This document shows, one piece after another, positions 1 to 10,469 of a DNA stretch of 64,000 bases. The notes under the pieces were generated by a model, which searched no databases, was not told the origin of the DNA, and worked only from the letters and a program-made list of their open reading frames with translations. Positions within the stretch are counted from its first letter, which is position 1. The number at the start of each line of letters is the position of its first letter. This DNA is from an uncultured Acidobacteriota bacterium (GTDB lineage: Bacteria > Acidobacteriota > UBA6911 > RPQK01 > JAPXNP01): contig CAVZRV010000030.1 of assembly GCA_963777605.1 (NCBI GenBank), positions 352,001 through 416,000 of the forward strand, read 5' to 3'. The translations under genes and the position numbers were made by a program.

Positions 1-1
1 G

Positions 2-1013
2 CGGGCGGGTGAAAGGCCTTGCGGCATTCCCCGATGGTGTTTCCGACCACCTGGATTTTGCCCAGGTCCGCCTCTCCCATTCCCGCCTCGGCACAATAGC
101 AGTAGTGGCCGATCTTGCGGAAATCCGCACCCATCACTTCGATCCCCACCCGGTCGGTTGCGAGCCAGTCGAGACCGGCGATGGCGAGTTTACTTTCCAC
201 CGGATCGCCGTTGAGGGGACCTTCCCCTTCCATGCCGACAAACCCGTCGATGGTCACGAGGTCGGGAGTAACGATCCGGCTCAGTTGGAACAGGTTCCAG
301 TTGAAGGGGCGCGGGTCCTTGGAGACCGGGTCGCGGTGCATCTTGGAGCGGTCGTTCCCGGCTGCCCCGAAGTTCATGGGTGTCGCCATCACCAGGTTCT
401 TCAGGCCGAGCGTCACCACCGAAAGGGAATGGGTTTTGAGTACCGCAGCCGATACCAGGAAGACGTCGTCCCGAGTCATCAGGTTGGACACGCTGACTTT
501 AACGGGCCGAAACGCGTGATCCAGGATGAAACTAGCGTGATGCTCGTCGTCCTGGAGGTCCACGAATTCCACGTTGAACCGGCTCTTGAGGGCCAGGTAA
601 TCGTAGTTGGTCAGCGCCTCGGAAAGGGGTGTTCCCGGACCTGTACCCTCAGCAATGATGATCTTGCCGGCGTTCATGGAAGCGAAGAGATCGCACAGGG
701 CCCACACCGAATCGGCCGGCGTCGAAGCCAGCCAGTCTTCCTTCTTGATCCGGGTGAAGTTCGGCTTGATGACAACCTGGCGACCGCCGACCGCCTTTCG
801 GACCTCGGGTTCAATAATCTCGAGAGCCTTCATCATGTTGGCCCTGCGGTCGTTACCCCGAACCAGGCCGACGCGCGGTTCGGCCGGTTGCACCGAAGGC
901 CTGGGGGCCGCAACGCCGGAGAGGCCGGCAGAAAGCACCGACCCGGTTGAGAGAAGACTGCCGGCACCGGCTGCTGTCAGGGCTCGCAAGAACTGTCTTC
1001 GATGAGGAGACAT
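2..1013 (-). CDS. DUF362 domain protein with Tat signal peptide (3' end runs off the window)
   Basis: Manual minus-strand translation: MSPHRRQFLRAL (twin-Arg), VVIKPNF, KTHS..TLGLKN, DGFVGMEGEGP, typical DUF362 motifs. Missing from the ORF track because there is no stop inside the window. Confidence 0.8.
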   Translation of the reverse strand, partial: MSPHRRQFLRALTAAGAGSLLSTGSVLSAGLSGVAAPRPSVQPAEPRVGLVRGNDRRANMMKALEIIEPEVRKAVGGRQVVIKPNFTRIKKEDWLASTPADSVWALCDLFASMNAGKIIIAEGTGPGTPLSEALTNYDYLALKSRFNVEFVDLQDDEHHASFILDHAFRPVKVSVSNLMTRDDVFLVSAAVLKTHSLSVVTLGLKNLVMATPMNFGAAGNDRSKMHRDPVSKDPRPFNWNLFQLSRIVTPDLVTIDGFVGMEGEGPLNGDPVESKLAIAGLDWLATDRVGIEVMGADFRKIGHYCYCAEAGMGEADLGKIQVVGNTIGECRKAFHPP

Positions 1014-1030
1014 GTGCGCTCCTTTTCTCA

Positions 1031-2347
1031 TTAGTCGAGTACCTTGATGGAAATGTCGCGATAATTTACCGGATCGTTGTGACCCGCCAATCCGAAGAAC
1101 CCCGAGGTTCGATCTTTGCCGGGGTGGGGGCTGCCGTGCATGAAGTCATGCGCCTGGCTGACGTCCGCATCCAGGATGACGGTACCGTTGAGCTCGACCT
1201 TGATCCGGGAACCCTTCACCGTGACTTCCTGGAAGTTCCACTCGCCTACCGGTCGCTGGTAGCCTCGTTTGGCTGCGACCATCCCGTAGACGGAACCGTG
1301 AAACTGTCTTGGATCGAGATTCTCATACTGCTTCGCCGAGTTGTCGATGACCTGAAGCTCACACATCCCGACGTAGGCAGTGTCCCCTTTCCCGGGATAG
1401 CGGATCGCCAGCCCGTTGTTTCCTCCGGGGGGCACCTTGAACTGGAGCCGGGCCTGGAAGTCCCGCAGTTCCCGGTCGTAATAAATCGTCCCACCCTTGC
1501 CCGGCAGGCAGGTGACGGTCCCGTTTTTCACGACGTAGTTGTCGATGGGGCCCGCCCAGCCGTCAAGGTTGCGGCCGGCGAAGATGATGTTGTACTCGTT
1601 GTTGTCGTGGGATGCCAGGATTTCGTTGGCCTCTTGTCCCGGGATCTCCCGTACCTGGATGTTGCGCCAGCGGATCTCACCTCCATGAGTCTGCAGCTGG
1701 ATCGGCCCCCGGCGCGGAAGTGGTTTGGAAAGATCCCAGAAGTTTTCCATCCGGGCGTGATCAACGACCAGGGAGCCATTCAGAAAGACGGTCGTGCGTT
1801 CTCCTACCTGGATGATCCGGAGATCGTTCCATTGACCGAAGGGGCGGTCCGCATAAACCCGTGGGTATTTGCCAGGGGCACTTTCACTGTTGTTCCAGAG
1901 ACCGCCTGAACCCTTGTCGGCTCCACTCTTCCATTTACCTCCAGCCTCAGTCGTGTCCCAGATTTGAACCTGCGGGCATCCACGGAGATAGATCCCGGAA
2001 TCCGCTTTGGGGACCGTCTTGTATTCGAGTGTGAGTTCGATGTCGCCGAAGTCGCGATCGGTAGTCAGGAAAGGACCCTGTCCGTCATTGACGATCTCGT
2101 TTCCCTCAACCCGCCAGTGAGCCGCGAGTTCACGGTTTGACTTCTCGATCATCTCGTCGCGCTCGGCCTTGGACATCGCCTCGAGCTTGTAGGGGGATAT
2201 CTGCTCCATCCCGTGCCAGCCGGTGAGATCCCGCCCATTGAAGAGGGGTTCTACCCCCTGTTCGGGAGCGTTCTGGCGGGCGACACCGGCAGTGGGCCAT
2301 AGGAGGAGTAGGGAAAGGAACAGGAGAGACTGCAGTCGCATTTTCAT
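1031..2347 (-). CDS. Secreted tandem DUF1080 (3-keto-disaccharide hydrolase-like) protein
   Basis: Signal peptide (MKMRLQSLLFLSLLLLWPTAGVA) followed by two LFNG.DL.GW ... NSG/NNG ... GEWN ... IQLQ.HG-type repeats. Confidence 0.9.
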   Translation of the reverse strand: MKMRLQSLLFLSLLLLWPTAGVARQNAPEQGVEPLFNGRDLTGWHGMEQISPYKLEAMSKAERDEMIEKSNRELAAHWRVEGNEIVNDGQGPFLTTDRDFGDIELTLEYKTVPKADSGIYLRGCPQVQIWDTTEAGGKWKSGADKGSGGLWNNSESAPGKYPRVYADRPFGQWNDLRIIQVGERTTVFLNGSLVVDHARMENFWDLSKPLPRRGPIQLQTHGGEIRWRNIQVREIPGQEANEILASHDNNEYNIIFAGRNLDGWAGPIDNYVVKNGTVTCLPGKGGTIYYDRELRDFQARLQFKVPPGGNNGLAIRYPGKGDTAYVGMCELQVIDNSAKQYENLDPRQFHGSVYGMVAAKRGYQRPVGEWNFQEVTVKGSRIKVELNGTVILDADVSQAHDFMHGSPHPGKDRTSGFFGLAGHNDPVNYRDISIKVLD

Positions 2348-2393
2348 GCACTCATAATAGCGATCTGGAGACCCAATTGCACTCCTGGAAATC

Positions 2394-3075
2394 TCAGAAG
2401 TCGGCCAGGGACAGATCTTTCGATTCCGCGGGAAGAACGAGTCTTTGCTCGTCCTTCTTGGAGTGCCCGTTCGGTTTCGCCTGCTGGCTTCGCCCCTCGA
2501 ACGGACGCGTGGCAGGATGATCCTTATCTTGGAATGAATCAACCTGTGGCGTCCTCGCAGAATGTGCCGCACGCTTCGATCGCCCGTTCTCGGACAAGCT
2601 GAATTCGCCGACCAGGTTCTGCATTTCTTGCGCCTGGCTGGAGAGTTCCTGGGCTGCACTGGCGGACTCTTCCGCATTCGCCGCGGGCATTGCGGGTAAG
2701 ACCACTCAGGGCCTGATCTACCGATTTGAAGCTCTCCACCATGGCCACGATAGAGTGGCCGAGAACGTCGTCCTTCCCAGCGACGTCAATCGTGGCGCCA
2801 AGATTTCCCTGCGAGATTGCTTCGGCCGACCTGGCCTTGGATTGTGCTGCACTCAGGGGAATGTAGGCATTGAGGGTTCCCATGACGATGTTGCGGCTCG
2901 TGTCCGCCCCAGTCCCTTCGACTTCGGCAAAGTGGCATTCCGCGCAGCCCTGATGGGCCCCGCTGGGGAGCGGAATAGCGATGCGCAGGTAACCTTCGCC
3001 GATCTCTTCAACCGAAATTCCGATCAAATTGAGCGGGCAATCCCCCCACCCGCCCATCTCGACCGTTGGCGGAGA
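2394..3075 (-). pseudogene. Internally deleted methyl-accepting chemotaxis protein remnant
   Basis: Fragments in two frames: CAECH heme motif, HAMP-like GNLGATIDVAGKDDVLGHSIVAM, and an MCP tail AANAEESASAAQELSSQAQEMQNLVGEF...LADF. The TM helix and most of the signalling domain are missing. Confidence 0.7.
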
Positions 3076-3202
3076 CCCATTAGATCGATCTGCTTCAACT
3101 TCCCACCTCTGTTGGGTCGGCGAATCCGGAGTGGGTAATTCGAGGTGCGGAGTTCTCTTGAAGGCGCTCTGCGCCACTTGAACGGTGGTGTATAGTGCAT
3201 TC

Positions 3203-3766
3203 ATGAAGTGGTTCGTGGGGAGCGCTCTCTTCGTAGCCCTGCTCTTGGCCGGATTTGGCCAGCAGACTTACCCACCGATCGACCGAAGCATTGAAATGCA
3301 CCGGAAGAGCATCCGGAGCAAGAATGAAGTCGATCAAACAGGCTTGCAGCAGTCCTACAACAAGGCGCGGGAAGCCGCTGCGGAGATGGTGGTCGTAGCC
3401 GGGGAACTCCGCAAGCTCCAGGATCAGCCATTTTCGGCCTCCGCCGAAGACAAGTCCTTCCGAGACGCCGTGAAGCGCCGCTGCCGGAAGGTCCGGGACC
3501 TGACCAAGCCGATTCAGGAAGTGAGTTTTCTCGACCCGGGAGAGTCGGAGCGGAGCGAGTCCTGGGATCGGGCCAAAGACCGCGACGAGTTGACCGTGCT
3601 GGTGGACCAGTTGTCCTCGTTGGCTGAATCGATTCGGGTGCGCCTCGATTCCCTGACTGGACACGGGGTTGCGATTCGTGAACTGAAGAGTCCTTCCCTG
3701 GATTCCCTGGTTGAGGATACGAAGCGCCTGTCGAAGACGATTGAAAAGTCTGCGGCGAAGTTGTGA
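3203..3766 (+). CDS. Hypothetical secreted helical protein
   Basis: N-terminal signal peptide; its stop overlaps the next start (GTGA). Confidence 0.7.
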   Translation: MKWFVGSALFVALLLAGFGQQTYPPIDRSIEMHRKSIRSKNEVDQTGLQQSYNKAREAAAEMVVVAGELRKLQDQPFSASAEDKSFRDAVKRRCRKVRDLTKPIQEVSFLDPGESERSESWDRAKDRDELTVLVDQLSSLAESIRVRLDSLTGHGVAIRELKSPSLDSLVEDTKRLSKTIEKSAAKL

Positions 3767-4974
3767 GAAGCATGTCGCGGCGTGATCCGGTGCGCAACCA
3801 GCTTGATCGAAGTACGATCCAGGTGAGTCGGAGAGCTGCGGGAATTCGCCCTTTCATCGTGATGGAAGTGCTCGAGCGGGCGCAGGAATTGGAACGCCTC
3901 GGCCGGAAGATCGTCCATCTCGAAGTCGGCGAGCCGGACTTCGAAACTCCCGATGTGATCCGGGAGGCGGGAATCCGGGCCATCCGGGACGGACACACCC
4001 ACTACACCCATTCGCTGGGAAGGCGGGAACTCCGTGAAGCCATCGCGGGATGGTATGCGGCGCGCTACGGGGTAGCTCCGGACCCCGATCAGGTGGTCGT
4101 CACGGTGGGTAGTTCAGGGGCGATGCAGCTGATTTTCGCTGCTCTCCTCAACCCTGGAGATGAGGTTCTCCTGCCCGATCCCGGCTATCCCTGTTATGAG
4201 AAATTCGTTCGCGCCTTCGGCGGCGTCCCGGTGCCGGTGCCTGTGCGGGAGGAGGAGAACTTTAATCTCGAACCTGCTGCTGTCCGTGCCTTGACATCGA
4301 GTCGCACCAGGGCGCTGATCCTCAACTCTCCCTCGAATCCCACCGGCGCCGTTGCGTCCCGGGATCGATTGGCCGGGCTCAACGACGAAACCGCGGGGTC
4401 GCTGGCCGTCGTTTCCGACGAGATCTATCACGGACTGGTCTACGAGGGAGAGGCCCATTCCATGCTCGAATTCAACCCGGACGCCCTCATCGTGAACGGT
4501 TTTTCGAAGCTGTTCGCAATGACCGGTTGGCGACTCGGATACGCGATCGTGCCCCGTATCCTGGTCAGGCCGATCCAGAAGCTGCAACAGAACCTGTTTA
4601 TCTCGGCTCCCGATTTCGCCCAGATCGCCGCGGTCGCGGCTCTGGAGTCGGCGGGTCCTGACATTGAGCAAATGCGCCGGGAGTATGACCGGCGGCGAAG
4701 ATATCTTCTTGTAAGGCTTGGGGAGATGGGATTGAAGGTAGCGGGCTCTCCCGAGGGAGCGTTCTACCTGCTGATCAACGTCCGCGACGTCACCCGGGAC
4801 GTGTATAAGCTGGCCTTTCGCATTCTCGAGGAAGCGGGAGTTGCCGTGACGCCGGGAGTCGATTTTGGCGCCAACGGCGAAGGCTATCTTCGGATCTGTT
4901 ACGCCACTTCGATGGAACAACTCGAGGAAGGCATGGAACGCCTGGAGCGCTTTTTCGAGACCGTCCAGGCATGA
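3763..4974 (+). CDS. Class I/II PLP-dependent (aspartate-type) aminotransferase
   Basis: GEPDF, NSPSNPTG, SDEIY and FSKLFAMTGWRLGY motifs. Confidence 0.95.
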   Translation: MRSMSRRDPVRNQLDRSTIQVSRRAAGIRPFIVMEVLERAQELERLGRKIVHLEVGEPDFETPDVIREAGIRAIRDGHTHYTHSLGRRELREAIAGWYAARYGVAPDPDQVVVTVGSSGAMQLIFAALLNPGDEVLLPDPGYPCYEKFVRAFGGVPVPVPVREEENFNLEPAAVRALTSSRTRALILNSPSNPTGAVASRDRLAGLNDETAGSLAVVSDEIYHGLVYEGEAHSMLEFNPDALIVNGFSKLFAMTGWRLGYAIVPRILVRPIQKLQQNLFISAPDFAQIAAVAALESAGPDIEQMRREYDRRRRYLLVRLGEMGLKVAGSPEGAFYLLINVRDVTRDVYKLAFRILEEAGVAVTPGVDFGANGEGYLRICYATSMEQLEEGMERLERFFETVQA

Positions 4975-5057
4975 CCCGGACGCGGGCTTTGAGTTGAGGA
5001 ACAGGCCTCAGCGTCGGGCAGGGGGGCGTCTGCCTCCAGGGATGAGCTTGCTGCGCC

Positions 5058-5651
5058 ATGGGAAAGACCGGAAAGAAGCGCCTCCGGCGAGGTACCCGAA
5101 AACGGTCCTCCCGCCCGGCTCGTTATTGGAAAATCATCGTGCTGGCGGCTTCGGCGGCGATCATTCTGATGGCCGGCTACCGGCTTTACCGCATCCAGCC
5201 CTTTCCGTCCCTGCGGTCCTTGATCTCCGGCTCTCTGGGGCCTGAGCGGGGTCGCGGAGAGATGACCGTTCAGCTTTTCTTTGCCAGCTCGGAATTCGAT
5301 CCTCAGGGACTGGACTGCAGCAAGGTTTACCCGGTCGATCGAAGGATCCACCGGACGGACGCCGTGGCGCGAGCGGCCGTCGAGGCTTTGCTCGTGGGGC
5401 CGACGACGGATGAGCAGTCCCGCGGCTACTACACGTCGCTCGACCCCAATATCGAACTCAGGGGTGTTGAGATCAACCGGCAGGGGGAGGCTGATGTCGA
5501 TTTCGGCCCGGCTCTCGACCGGGACCTGGCTGGATCGTGCAGGGTGCAGTCGGCTGAAGCCCAGATCCGCCAGACCCTGCTCCAGTTTCCCACCGTTCAT
5601 ACCGTTCGTATTACTGCAGAGAAGCAGGACGCCTCTCCCCTCCAGCCCTGA
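5058..5651 (+). CDS. GerMN domain protein, single N-terminal TM
   Basis: ALLVGPT..E...GY, VDF...L..AGSC, QI.QTL.QFPTV..V motifs. Confidence 0.85.
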   Translation: MGKTGKKRLRRGTRKRSSRPARYWKIIVLAASAAIILMAGYRLYRIQPFPSLRSLISGSLGPERGRGEMTVQLFFASSEFDPQGLDCSKVYPVDRRIHRTDAVARAAVEALLVGPTTDEQSRGYYTSLDPNIELRGVEINRQGEADVDFGPALDRDLAGSCRVQSAEAQIRQTLLQFPTVHTVRITAEKQDASPLQP

Positions 5652-5739
5652 AACCCGCCCTCGTAACCGGCGCCTTGACAATTGTTTGCGGGTTGCGGGT
5701 TTTAACCCAACCCGGCAAGATGTTGTAAAATCGGACGCA

Positions 5740-6999
5740 ATGCACAATCGGCGTCAATCGATTCCAGTTCGTGTCGGAGATGCGGTGATTGGGGGAGAAA
5801 GCCCGGTCGTCGTCCAGTCGATGACCAACACCGATACGGCGGACGTTGAAGCCACCACCAAACAGGTACTCGAACTCGCCCAGGCCGGTTCCGAACTGGT
5901 TCGTGTGACAGTCAACACCGAGGAGGCGGCCATGGCCGTGCCCCGGATCGTTGGAGCACTCGGGGCGGCGGGTTGCGGCGTGCCGGTCGTGGGAGACTTT
6001 CACTACAACGGGCACCTCCTTCTGACCCGTTATCCGGAATGTGCGAAGGCGCTCGCCAAGTACCGGATCAATCCCGGAAACGTGGGTATGGGTCGTCACT
6101 GGGACACCAACTTCGCCCGCATGATCGAGGTCGCGCTGGCTCAAGACAAGCCGGTCCGGATCGGCGTCAACTGGGGCTCGCTGGACCAGAAACTCCTGGC
6201 CGTGCTGATGGACGAGAACGCCCGCCTGGCAACACCCCGGCCTTCAGAACTGGTCTTGCGGGAGGCACTGGTTCGGAGTTGCCTCGATTCGGCGCAGGTC
6301 GCGGAATCGATCGGGCTTGCTGCGGAGCGGATAATCCTCAGTGCCAAGGTTTCTTCGGTTCCCGAGTTGATCGCGGTTTACCAGGACCTGGCGGCGCGCT
6401 GCAAGTATGCGCTCCACCTGGGCCTGACCGAAGCCGGGATGGGAACCCGTGGAACGGTAGCCAGCGCGGCGGCGTTGGCGATTCTCCTGGAGCAGGGTAT
6501 CGGCGACACGATTCGGGTCAGTCTCACGCCGGATCCCGGCGGGGACCGGCGGGAAGAGGTCCGAATTGCCCAGCAGGTACTTCAGGTCCTCGGCATTCGC
6601 CATTTCTCTCCCCAGGTGAGTGCCTGCCCAGGGTGCGGAAGAACAACAAGTACGTACTTCCAGCAACTCGCAGCCCAGATTCAGCATCGTCTCAATATAG
6701 CTATGGGTGACTGGCGTAACCAGTATCCAGGTGTTGAGCAGCTGAAGGTAGCCGTAATGGGATGCATCGTGAATGGACCTGGTGAGTCGAAGCACGCGGA
6801 CATCGGTGTCTCCCTGCCAGGTACCGGGGAAGACCCTAAGGCACCGGTCTTCGTTGACGGGCGCCACTACCGAACTTTGAAAGGTCCCGAGATCGGTCGG
6901 GACTTCATCGAGATCCTCGAAGAATATGTCAGCCGGCGTTATGGACGCCAAATGCCCGATGGGGACGACCTCGTCCACTCGTCGGGCCCGCCAATCTGA
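5740..6999 (+). CDS. ispG: (E)-4-hydroxy-3-methylbut-2-enyl-diphosphate synthase
   Basis: [38 protein letters not shown] and [10 protein letters not shown] motifs. Confidence 0.97.
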   Translation: MHNRRQSIPVRVGDAVIGGESPVVVQSMTNTDTADVEATTKQVLELAQAGSELVRVTVNTEEAAMAVPRIVGALGAAGCGVPVVGDFHYNGHLLLTRYPECAKALAKYRINPGNVGMGRHWDTNFARMIEVALAQDKPVRIGVNWGSLDQKLLAVLMDENARLATPRPSELVLREALVRSCLDSAQVAESIGLAAERIILSAKVSSVPELIAVYQDLAARCKYALHLGLTEAGMGTRGTVASAAALAILLEQGIGDTIRVSLTPDPGGDRREEVRIAQQVLQVLGIRHFSPQVSACPGCGRTTSTYFQQLAAQIQHRLNIAMGDWRNQYPGVEQLKVAVMGCIVNGPGESKHADIGVSLPGTGEDPKAPVFVDGRHYRTLKGPEIGRDFIEILEEYVSRRYGRQMPDGDDLVHSSGPPI

Positions 7000-7103
7000 T
7001 CCTGGAAAGATCGTCGAGGGAGAACCGCCTCGGTTCTCAATCCCCGGTCCGTTATTGAGTTTGGAGATAGAGGTATGAGGTACATAGGTACAGGAGATTA
7101 ATC

Positions 7104-8057
7104 ATGATTGAGGTGAAGAATCTCACGAAGCGTTACGGTGTGCGGACAGCCATCGACAACGTGAGCTTTGATGTGGGCAAGGGAGAGATCCTGGGATTTC
7201 TCGGTCCCAACGGGGCCGGAAAAACGACGACGATGCGGGTCCTCTCCGGGTTCTTGCCGGCAGATCTGGGGCGTGCGGTTGTGGCTGGGTTTGATGTGTT
7301 CGAGAAACCCCTCGAGGCGAAGCGTCGCGTCGGGTATCTCCCCGAGAATCCACCCCTTTACACGGAGATGACGACCAACAGCTACCTGCGGTTTGTCGCC
7401 AAGATCAAGGGAGTTCGCAATGCCGATATCGAGCGCAGATCGAGCTACGTCAAGGAACGCTGCGGGTTGACGGAACATGGCAACCGGCTGATCAAGCACC
7501 TGTCGAAGGGGTTCCGGCAGCGCGTCGGCCTGGCCCAGGCGCTCATTCACGATCCCGATGTCTTGATCCTTGATGAGCCGACCGCCGGTCTCGACCCCAA
7601 GCAGATCATCGAAGTTCGGGAACTGATCAGGAGCCTCGGAGGCGACCACACGATCATCCTCTCGACTCACATCCTCCCCGAGGTCAGCATGACCTGCGAG
7701 CGGGTGATCATCATCAACAATGGCCGCATCGTTGCAGTCGATACGCCGGAGAACCTGACCAGCCAGCTGGACGGCGGGCAACGGGTGGAATTGGAGTTTT
7801 CGGGCCCGGCGCCTGCCCTCGAGGTTTCCCTTAACGAGATTACCGGGGTCAAGCGGGTTTCGGGTGTCGGGGACAGCGAAGACGGCCGCCATCAGCGGCT
7901 GGTGGTGGAGTCCGAGGGTTCGGAGGAAATCCGGCACCTGATGGCCCGGGCGGTTCTCCAGTCCGGCTGCGAGCTTTATCAACTCCGTACCGAGAGGATG
8001 ACGCTGGAAGAGGTATTCCTGAAGCTGACCACCGAAGAAGAGGAGACCGCGGCATGA
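7104..8057 (+). CDS. ABC transporter ATP-binding protein (GldA-like)
   Basis: Walker A GPNGAGKTT, signature LSKG, Walker B LILDEPT. Confidence 0.93.
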   Translation: MIEVKNLTKRYGVRTAIDNVSFDVGKGEILGFLGPNGAGKTTTMRVLSGFLPADLGRAVVAGFDVFEKPLEAKRRVGYLPENPPLYTEMTTNSYLRFVAKIKGVRNADIERRSSYVKERCGLTEHGNRLIKHLSKGFRQRVGLAQALIHDPDVLILDEPTAGLDPKQIIEVRELIRSLGGDHTIILSTHILPEVSMTCERVIIINNGRIVAVDTPENLTSQLDGGQRVELEFSGPAPALEVSLNEITGVKRVSGVGDSEDGRHQRLVVESEGSEEIRHLMARAVLQSGCELYQLRTERMTLEEVFLKLTTEEEETAA

Positions 8058-8827
8058 GGAACGCACTGGCGATAATCGGGAAGGAACTCCAGACGCTCTT
8101 TGTCAGCCCCATCGCCTACGTGGTGCTGGCCGTCTATTACGGAGTTTCAGGGTACTTTTTCTACATCATTCTGAGTTTCTACGTTCAGCAATCGACCATG
8201 CGGCAGTTCGGTTCGGCGCCTCTCCAGTTGGATGTTCCGAGTGTTGTGATGGAGAGTTACTTCGGCGTGATGAGCACGATCCTGCTCTTTCTCCTGCCGA
8301 TGGTGACCATGAGCATCTTCGCGGAGGAACGCAAGCGGGGCACCATGGAACTGTTGCTGACCTCCCCCATCACCCGCCTTCAGTTGATCCTCGGCAAGTT
8401 CTTCGGCGCCCTGGTTTTTCTGTTCGTGATGCTGTTGCCGGCGGTGCTGAACATCTTCCTCCTTTTTGCCTACAGCGACCCGAAGCCGTCTCTGACGCCT
8501 TACCTGGTTGGCCTTCTGGGCGTGCTGTTACTCGGCGGGAGCCTGATCGCGGTGGGCCTGTTCGTGTCTTCCCTGACCGAGAACCAGATCGTGGCGGCTG
8601 CATCGACCTTCGGGATCTTCATTATCCTCTGGGTTCTCGATGCGGCTGCTGAAAGCACGACGACGGTCGGGAATGAAATCCTGAGATACCTTTCCGTGCT
8701 CAATCATTACGAAGACTTCACGAAAGGGATCCTGGATACGCAGCACATCGTGTTCTACCTCTCATTCATCTTCCTGGGACTCTTCCTGACGTCGCTGTCC
8801 CTGGAATCGGAGAAGTGGAGAAAGTAG
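8054..8827 (+). CDS. ABC-2 type permease (GldF-like)
   Basis: About 6 TM helices, EERKRGTMELLLTSP motif, ATGA coupling. Confidence 0.9.
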   Translation: MRNALAIIGKELQTLFVSPIAYVVLAVYYGVSGYFFYIILSFYVQQSTMRQFGSAPLQLDVPSVVMESYFGVMSTILLFLLPMVTMSIFAEERKRGTMELLLTSPITRLQLILGKFFGALVFLFVMLLPAVLNIFLLFAYSDPKPSLTPYLVGLLGVLLLGGSLIAVGLFVSSLTENQIVAAASTFGIFIILWVLDAAAESTTTVGNEILRYLSVLNHYEDFTKGILDTQHIVFYLSFIFLGLFLTSLSLESEKWRK

Positions 8828-8829
8828 CC

Positions 8830-10443
8830 GTGGTTAAGAAAATACTGAGCAATCTTGGGAGTTTTGGACTGATTCTGCTGGTCGTGGGACTGTTCAATTA
8901 CTCGGTTACGGGTCTGTGGAACTGGATCGCCCAGGTCGGCGTTTACGGTGGAGCAGCCCTACTTGTCATCTATCTGGTCACCAATTTCTCCGAGGTCAGG
9001 AGCGCGATTCAGTCCCGTTCTGCACGACTCGGGGGTATGGCCCTGGCAACACTGCTTCTCGGGGTGGGAATCCTGGCCCTGGTCAACTTCCTCAACTTCC
9101 GGCACCACGAGCGCATCGACCTGTCCGAAGGCGGGGTTCACGCCCTGTCCGATCAGACCCGGAAGGTCCTGGACAATCTCGACCAGAATATCCAGATCAT
9201 CGCTTTCTACGAGGACGAACAGGGTGCCCGGCGTTTTCAGGACCTGGCCGACGAATATCGCTACGCCAGCCCCAAGGTGACCTACGAGGTCATCGATCCG
9301 CTCAAGGACCCTTCCCGGGTTTCCCAGTACGAGGTAACGCGCAATGGGCAGATCGTCGTGGAGGGGGCCAAGAAGAAGGAGACCATCGAGGATCCCACGG
9401 AAGAGAAGTTGACCAACGCCATCATCAAGGTGACCCGGGACGTGGAGAAGAAGGTCTACTTCCTGTCCGGGCACGGTGAGCGCTCGCTGGACGACCCGGA
9501 AGGCGACGGCTATTCCACCGTCAAACAGGCAATCGAAAAGCAGAACTACAAGGTAGCCACGTACAACCTGGCCCAGGAGAACAAGATTCCCGAAGACGCC
9601 GCGGTGCTTATCTCGGCCGGTCCGAAGGTGAACCTGTTTCCGAACGAAGTCACACTGCTGGAGACGTTCCTGGCCGACGGCGGCAAGTTCTTTCTCCTGG
9701 TCGATCCGGAAAACGATTTCAAGATGAACGATTTCCTGAAGCAGTACGGGCTCGAACTGGACGACGACTTTGTCGTCGATGCCAGCGGCCTCGGCCAGTT
9801 GTTCGGATTCGGCGCGGGCGCCCCGCTGGCGGCCGAATACGCCTCGAACCCGATCACCAAGGACCTGCAGGGAACCATGACCATCTTCCCGGCGGCCCGC
9901 AGCGTTCGCACCGTGGACAGTTCCCTCGGCTACAAGACGGTGGAACTGGTCAAGACGTCCCCCCAGAGTTGGGGCGAGACCGAACTCAAGCAGAGTGACA
10001 AGGTCGGCTTTGACGAAGGGAAGGACCGCAAAGGACCGCTTCCGATCGCTGCCGCGGCAACCAAGGAAGAGCCCACTGCGGATGCCGGAGCTGAGTCTGC
10101 GGGCAAAGCCAACGAAAATGGCGAGGATCCCGCGGCCACTGCAGATGCCAAGGCTGCCGATTCCGATTCCTCGTCGAAGGAAGCCCGTCTCGTGCTTTTC
10201 GGAGACACGGACTTTGCAACCAATTCCCTGTTCGGCACTTCGGTCAACGGGGACCTCTTTCTCAACACGGTCAGTTGGCTGGCCGAGGACACCGATCTTC
10301 TTTCCATCCGGCCTCGGGATCCTCTGAATCGGAGCGTCACATTGACGGCGACCGAGAGCCGGCTCATCTTCTGGGCCACGGTGATCCTGTTTCCGTTGGT
10401 AACCCTGATCTTCGGGATGGGGGTCTGGTACCGGAGGCGCTGA
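8830..10443 (+). CDS. GldG-family ABC auxiliary protein
   Basis: RIDLS...LS.QT..VL, YFLSGHGE, FGDTDF, N.DLFLN.V.WL, C-terminal TM ending RRR. Confidence 0.88.
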   Translation: MVKKILSNLGSFGLILLVVGLFNYSVTGLWNWIAQVGVYGGAALLVIYLVTNFSEVRSAIQSRSARLGGMALATLLLGVGILALVNFLNFRHHERIDLSEGGVHALSDQTRKVLDNLDQNIQIIAFYEDEQGARRFQDLADEYRYASPKVTYEVIDPLKDPSRVSQYEVTRNGQIVVEGAKKKETIEDPTEEKLTNAIIKVTRDVEKKVYFLSGHGERSLDDPEGDGYSTVKQAIEKQNYKVATYNLAQENKIPEDAAVLISAGPKVNLFPNEVTLLETFLADGGKFFLLVDPENDFKMNDFLKQYGLELDDDFVVDASGLGQLFGFGAGAPLAAEYASNPITKDLQGTMTIFPAARSVRTVDSSLGYKTVELVKTSPQSWGETELKQSDKVGFDEGKDRKGPLPIAAAATKEEPTADAGAESAGKANENGEDPAATADAKAADSDSSSKEARLVLFGDTDFATNSLFGTSVNGDLFLNTVSWLAEDTDLLSIRPRDPLNRSVTLTATESRLIFWATVILFPLVTLIFGMGVWYRRR

Positions 10444-10469
10444 ACGGCCGACGAAGGAGGGAATAAATC

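Noticed and set aside
9-1909. Long plus-strand ORFs 9..950 and 947..1909
   Set aside because: Antisense shadows of the DUF362 and DUF1080 genes in GC-rich DNA.
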